Shown: positions 36,540 through 49,849, counted from the stretch's first letter. The stretch: DNA of 64,000 bases from Takakia lepidozioides (GCA_030704615.1 CM060734.1:25730001-25794000); one strand, 5' to 3'. Translations and numbers: made by a program. The notes: generated from the letters alone by a model not told the origin.

Positions 36540-38190
36540 CATGAATTTCGGCACCGAAATCTGGATGAACATCTCTGTCATGTAACAGCTTTGGAAGCCA
36601 AGGGATGAATTCTGGCAACAGAAATCGTAATTTGTTTACCTCATTAAACTGACCAAGCACCCAACGGATGGATTTCGGTGCCGAAATTCGGATGAACTTC
36701 TTCTTCATTAAATTGTATCTGCACATATGGGTTGAATTTAGATGCCAAAATACGGATGAATGTGTTCCTGATTACAGTCGTGATTCACCACGTGTCCCGG
36801 ATATCGGTGCCGACTTCCGAATGACAGTAATCCTGATTCGGCAGAATGGATGTATTTCGGCGCCGAAATTCATTCTTCATCTCCTTTTCCGACCCTAATT
36901 CTGCTGCCCTGCGGATGGATTTCGGTGCCAGAATTCATCGGAAGTCCTTTCTGTTTTTATTTTTCTTTGCGACAGATGAACTTTGGCGCCGAATCTCATC
37001 CAAGTACTCCCTTTTAATTTTCCTTTTTCTTCGCGAGCAATGAATTTCGGCGCCGAAATTCAACCAAAATCCTCCCGATTTTTTTTTTTTCGCGAGCATT
37101 GAATTTCGGCGCCGAAATTCATTCCAAGTCCTCCTTCATGAATTTCGGCGAAATTCATCCGAAGTCCTCCGAATTTTTTTATTTTCCTTCGCGAGCAATG
37201 AATTTCGGCGCCGAAATTCATTCCTCCCTTCGCGAGCAATGAATTTCGGCGCCGAAATTCCTTCATCCCTCCAAATTCTTTTCAGGGTTTTTTCGGCGCC
37301 GAAATTCATCCAATGTTTCTTGAAATGGATCAATTTCGGCGCCGAAATTCATCCTTACTGTCCGCAATGAGTAACTCTAATTACATTTTCTATGCGACGG
37401 ATGAATTTCGGCGCCGAAATTCGTCCAAACCCGGCACTTACTTTTTGCTTTGGATGATAATTTTCCGTAAATCGTTGGAAATACCCCGTTCCGACGAATA
37501 TAACAGGAATATTCTGCATTTTAATGGAGAAATCGGCATAAACCACTTCTGTCAAAATTAATTGCATTTTAGCCGTTTTTTTTCATTTGAAACCGACAGT
37601 ATCCATTAAGTGGTCTTTTTCGCACGGGACGTTGCCGCACATAAAGTATAATTTCGGCGCCGAAATTATAGTTAAATGTCCACAAATGGCAAGTCCAACA
37701 GGCATGGACAGCATCCGTCAGGGGCAATGATGGCGGCAAAGCATAGCATCGTGCCGATTTAGTCTTCGCTCTGGATGAATTTCGGCGCCGAAATATGGAT
37801 GATTTCACCTCGTCTACGCGCGGACGGAGATATTCGTAATGAATTTCGGCGCCGAAATATGGATGAAATGTGCCAAGTGCAGCCGTTTCCGTTGTCCCGG
37901 AATTAATTCCGGCTCCGATATCCCACTGACAGGTTTGCTCATGACGAATGAGGACTTGGGAAGCGATGAATTGCGGCGCCGAAAAAAATGTATGAAAGCA
38001 CTTGAATAGGATGAATTTCGGCGCCGAAATTCATCCGTCCGCTGATGAAACGTACCGACCTGACTGTTGAATGTCATATGCAGGGGATTTTCATGGCGGT
38101 TGGGTTTCATGATGTGCGGATATTTCATTCAATGCCGGCTGCTCCGGGAACAGCATCCGGTGAACGGAAGGTATTTCGGTGCCGCAATTC
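36540..38190. repeat. Dispersed array (~20 copies) of the palindrome (ATG)AATTTCGGCGCCGAAATT(CAT) between the divergent genes
   Basis: Perfect 26-bp palindrome at 37197-37222 and 28-bp palindrome at 38009-38036, plus many variants. Confidence 0.92.
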
Positions 38191-38721
38191 GGATAAACCG
38201 TCTTACACTGGTGGCTGGAACTGGCACGCGTCGTGTTCCAGTCGACTTCATCCGTGCGAACGTGTCAGGGGTCACAATCTCTTCATCACCCATACGGCAG
38301 AAAGTGGTGGACGGTGGCAACGCTTCGCATCTGCTCGTGCATAGTGGTTGCATGTTCCACCGCTTCGCTCTCTCGCTCCTTGCCCTTCTGCAGTGATTCT
38401 CCTGCGTTTCCTCTCCTTATGCGGCATAGTGGTAGCATAGAGTTTGTGGAAGGTCAGGCGACTCCGGCAAAAGAGGAGGACGCGGGATTTGGGAAGCCGC
38501 CGACGACACGACTTAAGCTCCGTCTCATGCATGAAATGCAGACTCGTTATCCGGAGACTCGGATCGCCCACCAGTGAGAGATTCGTGCTTCGCGGATGTG
38601 AAGCACTCCATACGCAATATTCCTTTACACCTTTTTTTGGCGTGCAGTGTCTCATGTTTTCCTGTTTGTTTGACATGGGAGCTGGGGAGGGATCGCAGGG
38701 GGCGAGGCAACACAGTCAACT

Positions 38722-41700
38722 TTGGATACTCCTGCCCGGGTGCTGCGCTCACAAGGTGGAAGTGCATCGAGGCAGACGAGTCCTCATTCAACACCTCAGA
38801 TATCGCCTCCGAAAAGCCCACCTAGAGTTCGGAAGCCGAGAAAGCAGAAGGAGCCCATGGCTTCGCCAGTAAAACCCCTAGGGAGACTGGAAGCGGAGAT
38901 ATTGGGTTTGCAGTCAATTTCAGAAAACACAGATGCGGTGGAGGCCGCTGGAGATGTGGGAGTCGGATCTGCAGAAGGGCGGCCCATTCAACTGACAGAA
39001 GGAGAGGACGATAACGTGGTACGACTTGGCGACGATAACCTGCTGGAGCTTGCGGAGGAGCAAAACCTCCAGGACAGTACACAGGCTGGTGAGAGGGGTG
39101 AGGGAAGTGACAGAGGTGATACAAGTAAGAAACTGGTGGCGGGTATGCTCATGAGCGCACGAGACATGAACATAGCAGCAAACAGGTTGCTGGCAGAGAC
39201 TCATAGCAACATAGGCCGCGTTTTGGGCTCCATGGTGTATCCCGAGAACCTCAAAGTTCCTTTGTGTCGCATGGTAAGCCTTCCAGTTGTAAGGCAAGCA
39301 CTGCCAGGGGATATCGATCGACTGAAGCACAACTTCAGAGAAGGGTACAGACGGGGGTCGGCAGCATTCTACGTTTCCATTGAGAATGACCAGGGTGTCA
39401 CAAGGGGCCCCACTGCAGAGGAGCTTCAGAATTGGGGCCCCCACTGGCACTGTTAATGCCGAGTTTGAAGCCTATCTGAAGACTAATCCCACATTCGCAC
39501 ACATGGAAGGGAAGATGTTCTTCGTTTGGGACGGGAACCACAGGATGCTTGCCTGGACAGAGTACATTGCTGAAATGCATCCGCAAGATATCAGTTGGCA
39601 TTACATGGTGGACTGCATTGTCGTGAAGGTGGACGTCAGGGACAGAGGACTGTTGAAGGGTGCCATGGCGGATATAAATCTGTAAGTATACAATTACATC
39701 CTTGTGTACTGCCTATTGCGGCGCCGAAATAGGCAATGTTCACCACTGTCATGCACTCTATGAACTGGAAATTGGATTGCTGTGCCGAAATCATATTTTC
39801 ATGTTGTTTTTTTTCTCCATGGCAGGGTAACAGAGAGGGCCTTCGTGGAAACTCATCTGGCACATACGCTCTACAGAGTGCAAGAAGTGGGGACAGCTCC
39901 GCTGACGGACTTCCAAAAGTCCCTCGATCCCGAGCTGTACAGGAAGTCCCTAGCGAAAGCAGATCGCACCTGGTACCGACCAACACTGGACGCCATGGTG
40001 GAGATCCTCTATTCGGTGAGGTTCATCTCAAATTTCAGTATCAATTTAATGTTATTTGTTGCAGGGATCCGTGGCCTGACTGTATCTGCTGGGTATGGGA
40101 ATGCAGACGAACATCAGGGATGACTTGGCCTATGCCAAAAGGCAGTTTTTGAGAATGATGCCCCCAACAAGGCGGACGCGTCGATAGAGAGTCATATTGT
40201 GCAGGCAGGGAAGCAATCCCGGACCAAGTACAGGTCCAAACTTGTTAAGCAAGTTGCAATCGCTGACCCTGGTCTTGGTGCCGAGTTCCTGGCGGAGATA
40301 GGACTGCATTACTCCAGACCCATGAAACGGAAATGTCCATGGAGAAACTTCATCACATCGCAGTGTCCTGTGTTGAGCCGGCGGAGAAGGTAAGCATGTG
40401 TTTATTCTTGTTTTGTGACTTCTCGCGATTCTTATGTTGGAGTTCTTGTCTGACCGATGTGAGGTGGCTGCAGACGAGGTGGCTGCGAATCTGGAACGGC
40501 CATACAAACACGAAGCTGCTGTACCACTTTCCCATCGAGCCAACAGACGACAAAATGAACGACTGGCTCAATGTCATGACTTGGTGCATCAGGTATAATT
40601 TTCTCCTATTCTGTGTTGGACATCGTCGCAATTTCAAAATCATGAATGTTTTGGAAACCTGCCATGATGCAGGTACTGACCCACGCCCAGGAGCAATTGG
40701 ACTGCAACACCACCACTTTCAAGTTACAGATCGACTGGACGAAGCCTGAGACAATGGAGAACTACGTGCAGTCGTGGCGAGGGCGCTTCGCAAACCTCTT
40801 TTTCAGAGAAATTGCAAAGGCAAGACGCAGCGTATACATCGAAGAGCAGGAGGGTGCCGACAAAGCGGCAATGCGTGTCCTGTTCAGGTAATCTGCTGAC
40901 AATGCATCCCCCTATTTGCAGTTTAGATGATTTGGTTAAGCAGCGATGGATATTGCGGCGCCGAAAATACCTCTGCAAGATGTGAGTTCTGGGTAATTGG
41001 GGCACGGTCCACTCCGTATTTCGGTGCCGAAATACCTTGTGCATTGACAACTTCCACTTGCATGATGCATCGGTAGAATGATTTTTGTTGAACTGCCTCG
41101 TATTGCAGGTACATAAACTTTGCACTCATTCCGTCCGGAGCCATTCAAAGGGTTCCACCATTTTCCTGGCGTGGAGGACACCTGGAGGTCGTGGAACGAT
41201 GTACACAGAAGTAATGGCGAAGGAGTGGCATGCCGAGCATTTGGTAGACTGCCCCTGGTATGTGGATCTCCCAAGTGGGACCGTTGACCTCTCGGAGGTT
41301 AACTTGAAGAAGGAAGCGAATGCCAGGGCTATGAAGGCGCAATCGGATCCCCAACCAGAGGACGCGGAAAGACTGAAAGCAGAGGAGGCAGCCAAGCAGA
41401 AAGCACTGAGAAAGTCAGCCAAGGCGGCAGCGTTGGCGAAGGAGCAGATGGAGAAGCAGGCAGCTGAGCAGCCCAAGGACAGGAAGAAAAGAACGCGCAA
41501 ACAGGGGCAAGAGACGAAGACCCCCACACCCAAGAAGAAGAAGAAGCAGCAACACAGTCAGCCAGATGAGGAGGATTCCGACGACGATTTCCCAGCAGGA
41601 AAAACCCAGGGGGCCACACCTCGTCCGAAAATTCACAAGGGCCAGCGCTCCGGGGGTCGGCTGCGAAGAGATCACTATACGAGGATGCACCTGGCAGACC

Positions 41701-43476
41701 CTACCGTGCGGTGCATTGCGGGCAGGGAAGTCCTCAAAACACCCACAATTGTGGAGTGTGTTAATGAAAATTTCCTAACTGCTCTGACCAGAAGGCTGGA
41801 GATAACGAGATGAGGAAGGCGATCGAGGCCCACCAGGGGAAGGGGAAGAGGAAGGCCACTGGCAATGATATGGAGGACACTCCTGGCTACACAAAGATGA
41901 TGGAGTATTTTGTGGCGATGAGCCACGGCAAAAAGAGCACAGTCGGGGGCAGGGCGGTGTGAAAGCCTCCATCGACATGATCCTTGTGGATATCCCGGAT
42001 GGGCAGGAGATACTGGGGCTGGGCTCAGTTCCCTGGTGGAACAAGTACGACGAACGATACTGGAGCCACACATTCGGGTTCGCAGCCAACATGTTGGACG
42101 ACGTTGGCTGTGTTGTTGTGCTAGCAGCCGATGGAGAAGTCACTGAGAATGATATCAAAGTATGGACGGGGAGAAGTGCAGCACCCATCCTGAAAAAGAT
42201 CTGGACTTGCATCAACACGCAGGGTCTTCTCAACGATGGCCAGAAGGTATGCTGTGGTTCTCCTCTGCTATGTCAATTTCTGGGCCGAAATTGCCCCTGT
42301 ACATGTAGGCCACCTCTGACGTTTTCATTTCCTTCTCTGCAGACTCTTATCTTTCAGGCATTTTGCTTCGTGAAGGAACATTCGAAATTCAAATTACGTG
42401 AAGCAGGAAGACTTGTTGATTCCACAGTTGATCCACTGGAGTATAACGTCCTGTTCAACCATGTGGGAGAGAAGGACATTCTTTGTGATTTGTCGGGCAA
42501 GCCATGGAGGTATGGCAGGACCAGGAGTCCTGCATTCATCCAGACGCTCATGGAAAACGTGTACGGATGTTGAAGGCAGGGTCCTTGACGTCACTGCAAA
42601 TACAGGTGAGAACGTTAATTGAATGCGGCACCGAAATTGACACCATTTCCGTTTCTGTATGTTGCTTGTGCGAGGAAGCGACTCATTCTTGAGTTTGGCT
42701 GTGGTTGTGTCGTATGAATTCGCAGGTGCCTGTATGTGGGCGGGAAGGATGTCGAACCGATTTGTGTTCTCATTTGAGGGGGATACGGCCTTGTACGATT
42801 ACAATTTGGCGGGCCTTCAGCGTCTGCCTCCGACTGAGGATCCCAAAAACGCAGAAGAGGACGTGGAAGGAGAGGAGGAAGATGAAGAGGAGGAAGTCCG
42901 GGAAATTCGTTCGATGCAGGGGCGCCCGAAGCCGCTTCCCCCAATGCCTGTCTTCGAGTGAGTTGCACCATAGTAAGTGTATTGGTTTCGGTTGTAGGGA
43001 CCATGCAACCTGCCGATGATTCCCTGTTTGAATTCTCTAATGTACTTCATTCTATGTTTGTGCGTACACTCAGCCTTGCAGAGTCGTCCGACGAGGAGAA
43101 GCTGGGAGACTTGCTCGAATCGGACCCTGTTGCAGAGGAGGAGACAGAATCGCATCGGCCATTCTTTGCCAGAAAATCGTTTCTCGCGAGTCCCCAGAAG
43201 CCCTTTTTTCTACCAGCCTATGCAGACACGGCTGCCAAAGAAGCCATCAGGAGGGAGGATAGGCCTACTCGGTTAGAGCAATTGACATACGGGAATGAGC
43301 AGAGAATTATAATGAGGCGTGAGGCCAAACATAGAATTGTGAAAGGCAGAGTAGGGAAGTTCGTAATAGAATCCGCGTCCGAGAGCGAGGGGAATGTTGA
43401 GGACACTTCCGCACCCAGGTGGACAGTTCCGGCTGGTGAGGATGGTATTTTTGAGGGGAGGGGCTTCTCAGAGTAA
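38722..43476 (+). pseudogene. MULE-2 accessory gene: ParB/Srx-like domain + beta-class N4C/N6A DNA methyltransferase-like domain, multi-exon, few frameshifts
   Basis: ParB-like VRQALPGDIDRLK..FYVS..FFVWDGNHRMLAW..VDCIVV..AMADIN. MTase motifs in beta order: SIDMILVDIPDG, NMLDDVGCVVV, FCFVK, RSPAFIQTLME, GRVLDVTANTG, RFVFSFEGD. GT donors at 39682, 40016, 40888, 42606 and 42958. The start may lie further upstream (~38419). Confidence 0.85.
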
Positions 43477-43819
43477 CAGCGGTAGCGGCAGTGCAGGTTC
43501 GGAGGCAGGTGGAAGGCAGCCATCCTTGCATGAGGGCGGGGATGCATCGGACAGTGATAGCGGATCCTCACCATAGCAAAGTCTCATTTGGATCCTTGTT
43601 GTACAGTTCTGAAACACTTAATGAATATATTGACGATTTGAAAAATCATTGTGTTCAGACTGCTTGTCCATTCCCTACATTTCTTCCGCCAACCAAAATC
43701 TATAATAAAAGCAGAAGAGACGCAAACTTCAGTGAAGAACCCTACAAGTAATTTATGCACACCATCGACCCGGGAACTTGAAGCCATGAAAACCCTGCCG
43801 TTTCTAACATTCCTATTGG

Positions 43820-44105
43820 GAAATTTGGCGCCGAAATAGCCCAGTTTGCGCCTTCGTTATATGGGCCTCAAAAATTCCACGGATGAATTACTGCACCAAA
43901 ATATTGCGATGGAAGCCTTCAGCACAAGGCACTTCACCACATTCCACTTGGGTATTTCGGCGCCGAAATTGCCCGTTCTGCGCCTTTAAATACCGCACTA
44001 TATCACATTTTAAGAGGTAATTTCGGTGCCGAAATACCCCGGTGGATGTCTTCAAAACACCATTTTAGCACACTGCTCTTGGGAATAACGGCGCCGAAAT
44101 TCCTC
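43820..44105. repeat. Right subterminal cluster of GGCGCCGAAAT palindromes in MULE-2
   Basis: Copies near 43827, 43959, 44024 and 44090. Confidence 0.8.
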
Positions 44106-45598
44106 ATTCCGCATCCTGGACCAGGAGAAACAGACCCTATTACCGAGGTAAGAGGACATAACACCGTCAATAAAGGCAGGAAAATTCCAATTCCGCGGAT
44201 GCCCGCTCATGAGCTCATAGGCTCATAGGCTCATGGGCTCATGCGCTCATGAAATAGTAAACCTCAGGAGATATGGGAGGCATGGGATTCATGTGTGGAG
44301 CAGCACTACCACTAGTGCAGGTGGAGTCTGCTGCAGCCGTGACTCGAGGAGCAGCACGAGTTCCTGAGCCACGAGGTGCAGAGGTGGAGTTGGATCCACA
44401 GCGTGGGGAGGCAAGCCGTCGGGCTAGGCTTCCTCAGTCATTCACATTGGCGGAGACAGTGTCGACGCCATCCATGGCACCTAGTTCTCGCCCGACGGTT
44501 ACGAGGCGAGGTTACTATGCCATTGGGGAGAGCTACACGGGTAGCACCACTACCTAGTGTTGCCAAGGCTGCGGCAGCTAGTGTGCTGCTAGGAGCGGCC
44601 ACATCTGTGTGCCAGGCTCCATTGTTCTCGGCTACCATGATTGCGACGCCGGGGGTAAAACCAGCTGAGGTGTTCAGGCTAGCAGCTACACTCTATGAGA
44701 GTGGGGAGGTACGTCATCTTCTGCGGAGATAGTGGGAGGTGTAGTGCCAGGGATCCTCGGATTTGAGGGTCAAGACTGCCACGGCGGCGCCATGGCAAGT
44801 TGCAGCTGCCAAGTTGATGGAGCTGCCAGCTAGGCAGCCATTGAGCGTGCCATGGTGACATCTGGAGTTGTCATGTTAGACAACCAGGATGGCATTTTCT
44901 GTTGAGTGGACCGGCAGGCAAGAGGTACCGGCCACTGCGGGTCTTGTTGGACTCGGGAGCTCAGCCATTGATGCTGGGCAGAGCTGCTATTGCAGGTTGG
45001 GCCTCACGGAGGCGGATATGGAGCCTTGTCCTTTCCAGATATAGATCTCTGGGAGGATCGGAGCAGGCTCGGGCATGACACGGCGTGAGTTGGCTATCAG
45101 ACTAGCCGGATCCTACAGATGGCTCAGTGATGCGAGCCAAGGCCATTGTGACAGACGCAGTCTCATACGATGTCCTGGTTGGGTGGGGCAGTGTTGTACC
45201 CCATGGGCTTCACCCTGGATTTTTGGGAGGAGTCAGCTTCCTATAGGCCTGCATGGCATTCAGGGGAGGGCGGCGTGTGCAGCTCCCTGTGACGTTCATA
45301 GGAGGAGTTGCGGTTGCCCACGGGCAAGATGCCAACACTAGCAGCATTCACAGCGGCAGTGAGTTGGCCTAGAGAGTTGCTTGAGGGCAATGCCATTCAG
45401 AGGATGTACCCCTCGAGAGAGCAGGATGACATGTATGGTATGGCGGAGTTGCCTACCATGGTTGCTCAGACTCCATTGTGGGGCACGAGCAAGGATTTGC
45501 AGGGGATGCTGATCGACGGGTGCAACAAGCCTGGGTGGAGGCTTTGTACCGTCAGGAGAGGAGGAGAGAGTGCGGGGATTGCACCATGACCACCTCAA

Positions 45599-46600
45599 TT
45601 GTCTCCATTGGACACCACACCTATTGTGTGGCAGTATCCGGATGAAGGCATTTGTCTTCTGGACTTGTTTGGCGGGATCAGCACCGGATTGGCTGCTGTG
45701 TTACAGGCAGGTGTACGAGTTCGGCGTTACCTGTATGTGGAGAGGGATGAGACTGCACGACGCGTTTCATTCGTCATGTTGCTCAGTTGGTGCAGCAGTA
45801 CCTGAGTTGTTGTCGGTGTCTGCAATTCGTGGATATCAGCAGGCCTTGCCAGCAGACATTTCGTTTGGGGGGCGCAGGATTTGGAGCGGGTTGGCTCCAT
45901 TGATTGGTAGTGGCAGGTTGGCCCTGCCAAGGGCATTCATCAGCCGGGCATGGCAATGGATTGCGAGACTCGAGGTCGGGTCTGTTTTGGGATGGTGGGG
46001 GTTTTGCGCACTTGCAGCTTCATCAAGCTGTATCTCCAGCATACATCTTGGAGAATGTGCCACTGATGGGCGATTCTCGGGCCAGGGTGATGGCTAGTGT
46101 GCATCAAGTCCGGTCGTGGCTTGGGTCAGCATTGTTGCTAGAGCAGCTACAGTGGGGTCACGGGCTCATCGTCCACGGCTATGGTGGACTAACTTGATGC
46201 CACCCCACTGCTCAAGCGTGCATTTGATGGGGTGCAGCGGCCAGCACACATCTCACAGTGGATAACATTCTGGACACAGGGAGGCAGTCTCAGCGTGTGA
46301 GACACGATGACCGTTCGCCTTTGGCAGTGGTCAACAAGGTGGGTCAACCACGAGCAGCATTACCTACACTGCTCAGCTTCCAGGATCGCATGTTTCAGGA
46401 TAGTGGACCTGGCTCCTGTGGGATGCTCAGTTGCAGCAGTTAGTGGAGCCTAATGCTGACGAGCGTGAGCGGGCAATGGGTTTTACCACTGGTACCACGG
46501 CAGTGTCGTCTCTTTCTGAGGCATCACGTCGTCAAGTGTTGGGGCAAGCAATGGATCTCAATTGCTTGACCTGGATTATCAGCTTGGCTCTGGCTGAGCA
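45599..46600 (+). pseudogene. Dnmt3-like cytosine-5 DNA methyltransferase domain between protease and RT
   Basis: Motif I LLDLFGGI, IV VAGWPCQG, VI ILENV, VIII AHRPRLWWTN and IX-X ERERAMGF...RRQVLGQAMD. Confidence 0.88.
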
Positions 46601-49600
46601 ACGCAGAGTGCGGAGTACAACCCTCAATGGTCTCTCTGCCTACCAAGACAGGCAGTGAGTGGGGGCGAGCATGTGAGGACCACGGGGTGCATGCATCCAT
46701 GGCACACGTGGGAGGTGCTCGAGGTTCAGAGGGAGTTGGCAGCCAAGGCGGCTGTGATGGATGAGGTTGGGGATTTTCTCGGGTTGAGGAGGTCCTCAAG
46801 GATGAGATGATGGGGTAGGATGAGGCCTTGTCATTGACTGAGCAGGCAGGGAGTACTGCTCAAGAGGTTGCAAATAGCAACCACTGGACGCGTCCTCTAC
46901 CTCTAAGCCCACTGGACTTAAGGTTGCAGTTATGGAGGACAATTGGGAGCCTGACATTGGACCCATGTCACCGGAGAGAGAGACGACGTATACGGCGGTT
47001 CCTGCGGGCTTACAGAATTGCTTTGCCTTCAGTTTGAAGGACTTGGAGCACTGAAGGTTCAAGAGATCCGTATTGAGTTGGCCGCTGACACGCCAATCTT
47101 TCGGATACCCTATAGATACAGTGACATGGAGAGGTCTTTGATTCAGATGAGACTCAATATCTCTGGGAGGCAGGTTTTTGTTTAGCTCTCTGGTGGAGAG
47201 TATGCTTCAGCCACATTGATTCTAGCCCGAAGGATGTCTATGGCAATTGGAACGGAGACGTATGTGCGGTGATTACCGGCCTGTAAATCGTCAGACCAAG
47301 TCCGATAAGTATGCCATGCCAACACTAGAGGAGATCTTTGATGCCATCTCGGGCATGCTAAGGCCTTTACACGTTGGATTTACGATCCGTATCACCAGTT
47401 GCCAATCAAGGAGGCGGACAAGAAGACGGCATCTGGGGGATCAATGAGCACGGCAAGGATTGCCTATATCAGTGGCGGTTCTTACCATTTGGGCTTAAGA
47501 ATGCTCCTGCAGAGTTTCAGAGAGTCATGGATAGGATTCTAGCAGGGGTGGACTTTGCTCGTGCTACATAGATGACATCATCATCTTTAGTGTTACGATG
47601 GAGGAGCATGAGAGACACCTTCAGGTGGTATGGAGCGCTGAGAGCGCACGGTTGAAGTTGCATCCGGGAAGTGCAAGTTTTTCCACAACCAGATTGAGTA
47701 TCTGGGTCACATGATATATCCTGGAGGATTGGGGGTACAACAGACTAAGGTAGAGGCCATTGCACAAATTCCACACCCCACGGATGTGAGCCGAGTTCGA
47801 GCTTTCATGGGGTTGGCAAACTATTATAGACGGTTTGTCCAGGGATTTAGTACCATTGCAAAGGCTCTAACCAAGCTGACCAAGTGGACCAGGAGTGGCA
47901 GTGGGAAGATAAGCAGGAATGAGCTTTTTAAGCGCAAGCAAGGCGAGGTTGACCTCGGCGCCTATCCTGAGACGACCTATCAGGGGGCGTCCCTTTCATT
48001 CAGCTGCATACGGATTGGAGCATGCTGGGGCTTGGAGCGGTGCTCACACATGTGGATGATGAGGGAAGAGAGTTCGTAGTGGCTTACGCAAGTCCGCTCG
48101 AACAACGCTGCAGAGGCTAAGTACAGCTCATATGAGGGAGAATGCTTAGCTGCAGTGTGGGCCGTGGCAGGTGCTATCTATACGGCAATCTTTTCACCCT
48201 TGTCACGGATCACCACGCCACTCAAGTGGTTGATGGAGTTAGACAAGCTTACGGGGAAGCTTGCACGGTGGGCACTTCCTCCAGGAGTATGACTTTCAGG
48301 TTGTGCATCGACCAGTTTGGTCAATCGGGATGCGGATGGATTGAGTCGCAATCCATGCATGAGCCTCAGGATGACACAGGAGCTCGGTGGCATGGTGAGA
48401 CGGACGAGGAGATGGTGTCGGGATGGCACATCTGCATTTTTGTGTATCTTTGCATCGGGAGGTCAGGTTTGACCTACAACAGGGTCTTTAGACGGAGTGT
48501 CTGAGGACCCTGAGGCTAGTGATGAGCCAGGTGGTGCCAGAGATATACATGAGGATTCGGCTGTGTTGGACTACCTCCGCACGGGAGACACGGCAGCCAC
48601 TGTGACTGCCAGGGAGAGGGATCGGATCCTGCAACGAGCCAAGAGGTTCAAGTGGGAGGGATACACCACCTACTTCGAGTGTGGGAGGATGGTCGGGTGA
48701 GGATTGTGCCTCACCCCACACAGCGTGCCCGGTTATTGCGGCATGCCCATGAGGAGTTGGGGCATTTTGGAGTGCGACGCACTCACAGTTTACTGCAGGG
48801 GCAGTATTGGTGGCGTGGTATGCATACAAAGGTGCAACAGTTCGTGGCTAGGTGCATGGTGTGTGACAGGGTGCGTGCTTCATTCAACGCCCCCCTACAC
48901 ACAGTTGCATCCTTTACCTATCATGGGATTGGGCTACAGGTGGAGTCTTGACTTCGCAGGACCGTTGCCACTGACTATGCGCGCCACCACAGATATGTGT
49001 TGGTGATGGTGGAGCACTTCTCCAAGTGGATTGAGTTGGTTCCATTGCCTGACAAGGCTAGTGAGGGGGCTGCGTATGCATTCTTGGATCGTGTGCTTAG
49101 CCGATTTGGTGCTCCAGCTGAGGTACTCACGGACCAAGGGAGAGAGTTCTTGGGGGAGTTTCAGGCTTTGTGTGATAAAGCCTTGATAGACCACCGCACC
49201 ACTTCTCGGGATCATCCTGAGGCCGATGGCTTAGCAGAGAGAGTTGTTCAACGGTGAAGAGGGGTTTGCGCAAGTATGGCTTGCAGAAGGGACACCTAGG
49301 AGATTGGGATCTTCAGGTTCCTTGGTTAGCCATGGGCTACAGGTTCAGCAAACAAGCATCACTTGCCTCCTTCTCACCATATTTCCTTCTCTTTGGCCGA
49401 GAGCCGGATTTGCCTGCAGCCATTCGTAGGGACACTGCTCAAGTCCTTAACCTTGACGATCCGGACGTGTGGGTACGTGCATGTGATCAGCGTGCAGAGT
49501 TGTTCAAGAAAGTCATGTATGCCCATGGCTTTTGAGAACCTTGCCATTGCACAGCACCGTGATACGTTGAGGTATGCCACTATACGTGGTGGAGGATATC

Positions 49601-49849
49601 GTCCTGGGGTTCGGAGGTTTAGCCCTGGTGACTAATGTTTATTTGCAGCAGACTGCTCCTACGACTCTGGATGTTACTGCGCAGGGCGTGTTATTCTGAG
49701 GGTTCAGAGGTGTTTGCCCTCAGGGGTCCTGATCTTAGAGGGTCGGGATGGCATGACTTGGAAGGACCATGTGCGTAATTGTGCGCCATGTCACCTTCCC
49801 AATGTCGATGGCAGAGTTGACCCAAACTTGGCAGTGGTACCTGCAGGTT

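Larger units (their letters stand above)
30872..44265 (-). mobile_element. MULE-2: Mutator-like DNA transposon (~13.4 kb) carrying a ParB-methyltransferase gene and an extra ORF
   Basis: Termini GGGGGTTGCTATTCCATGAGC... and ...GCTCATGAAATAGTAAACCTC, with a perfect 10-bp TSD AGGAGATATG (30862-30871 / 44266-44275). The DDE motif set is complete. Confidence 0.93.

Noticed and set aside
36540-38190. CRISPR-like look of palindromic repeats with variable spacers
   Set aside because: Spacing is irregular, spacers are related to each other, there are no cas genes and the context is eukaryotic.
38722-43476. Bacterial contamination as the source of the ParB-MTase
   Set aside because: The gene has GT-AG introns and sits inside TIR/TSD-bounded elements nested in plant retrotransposons.
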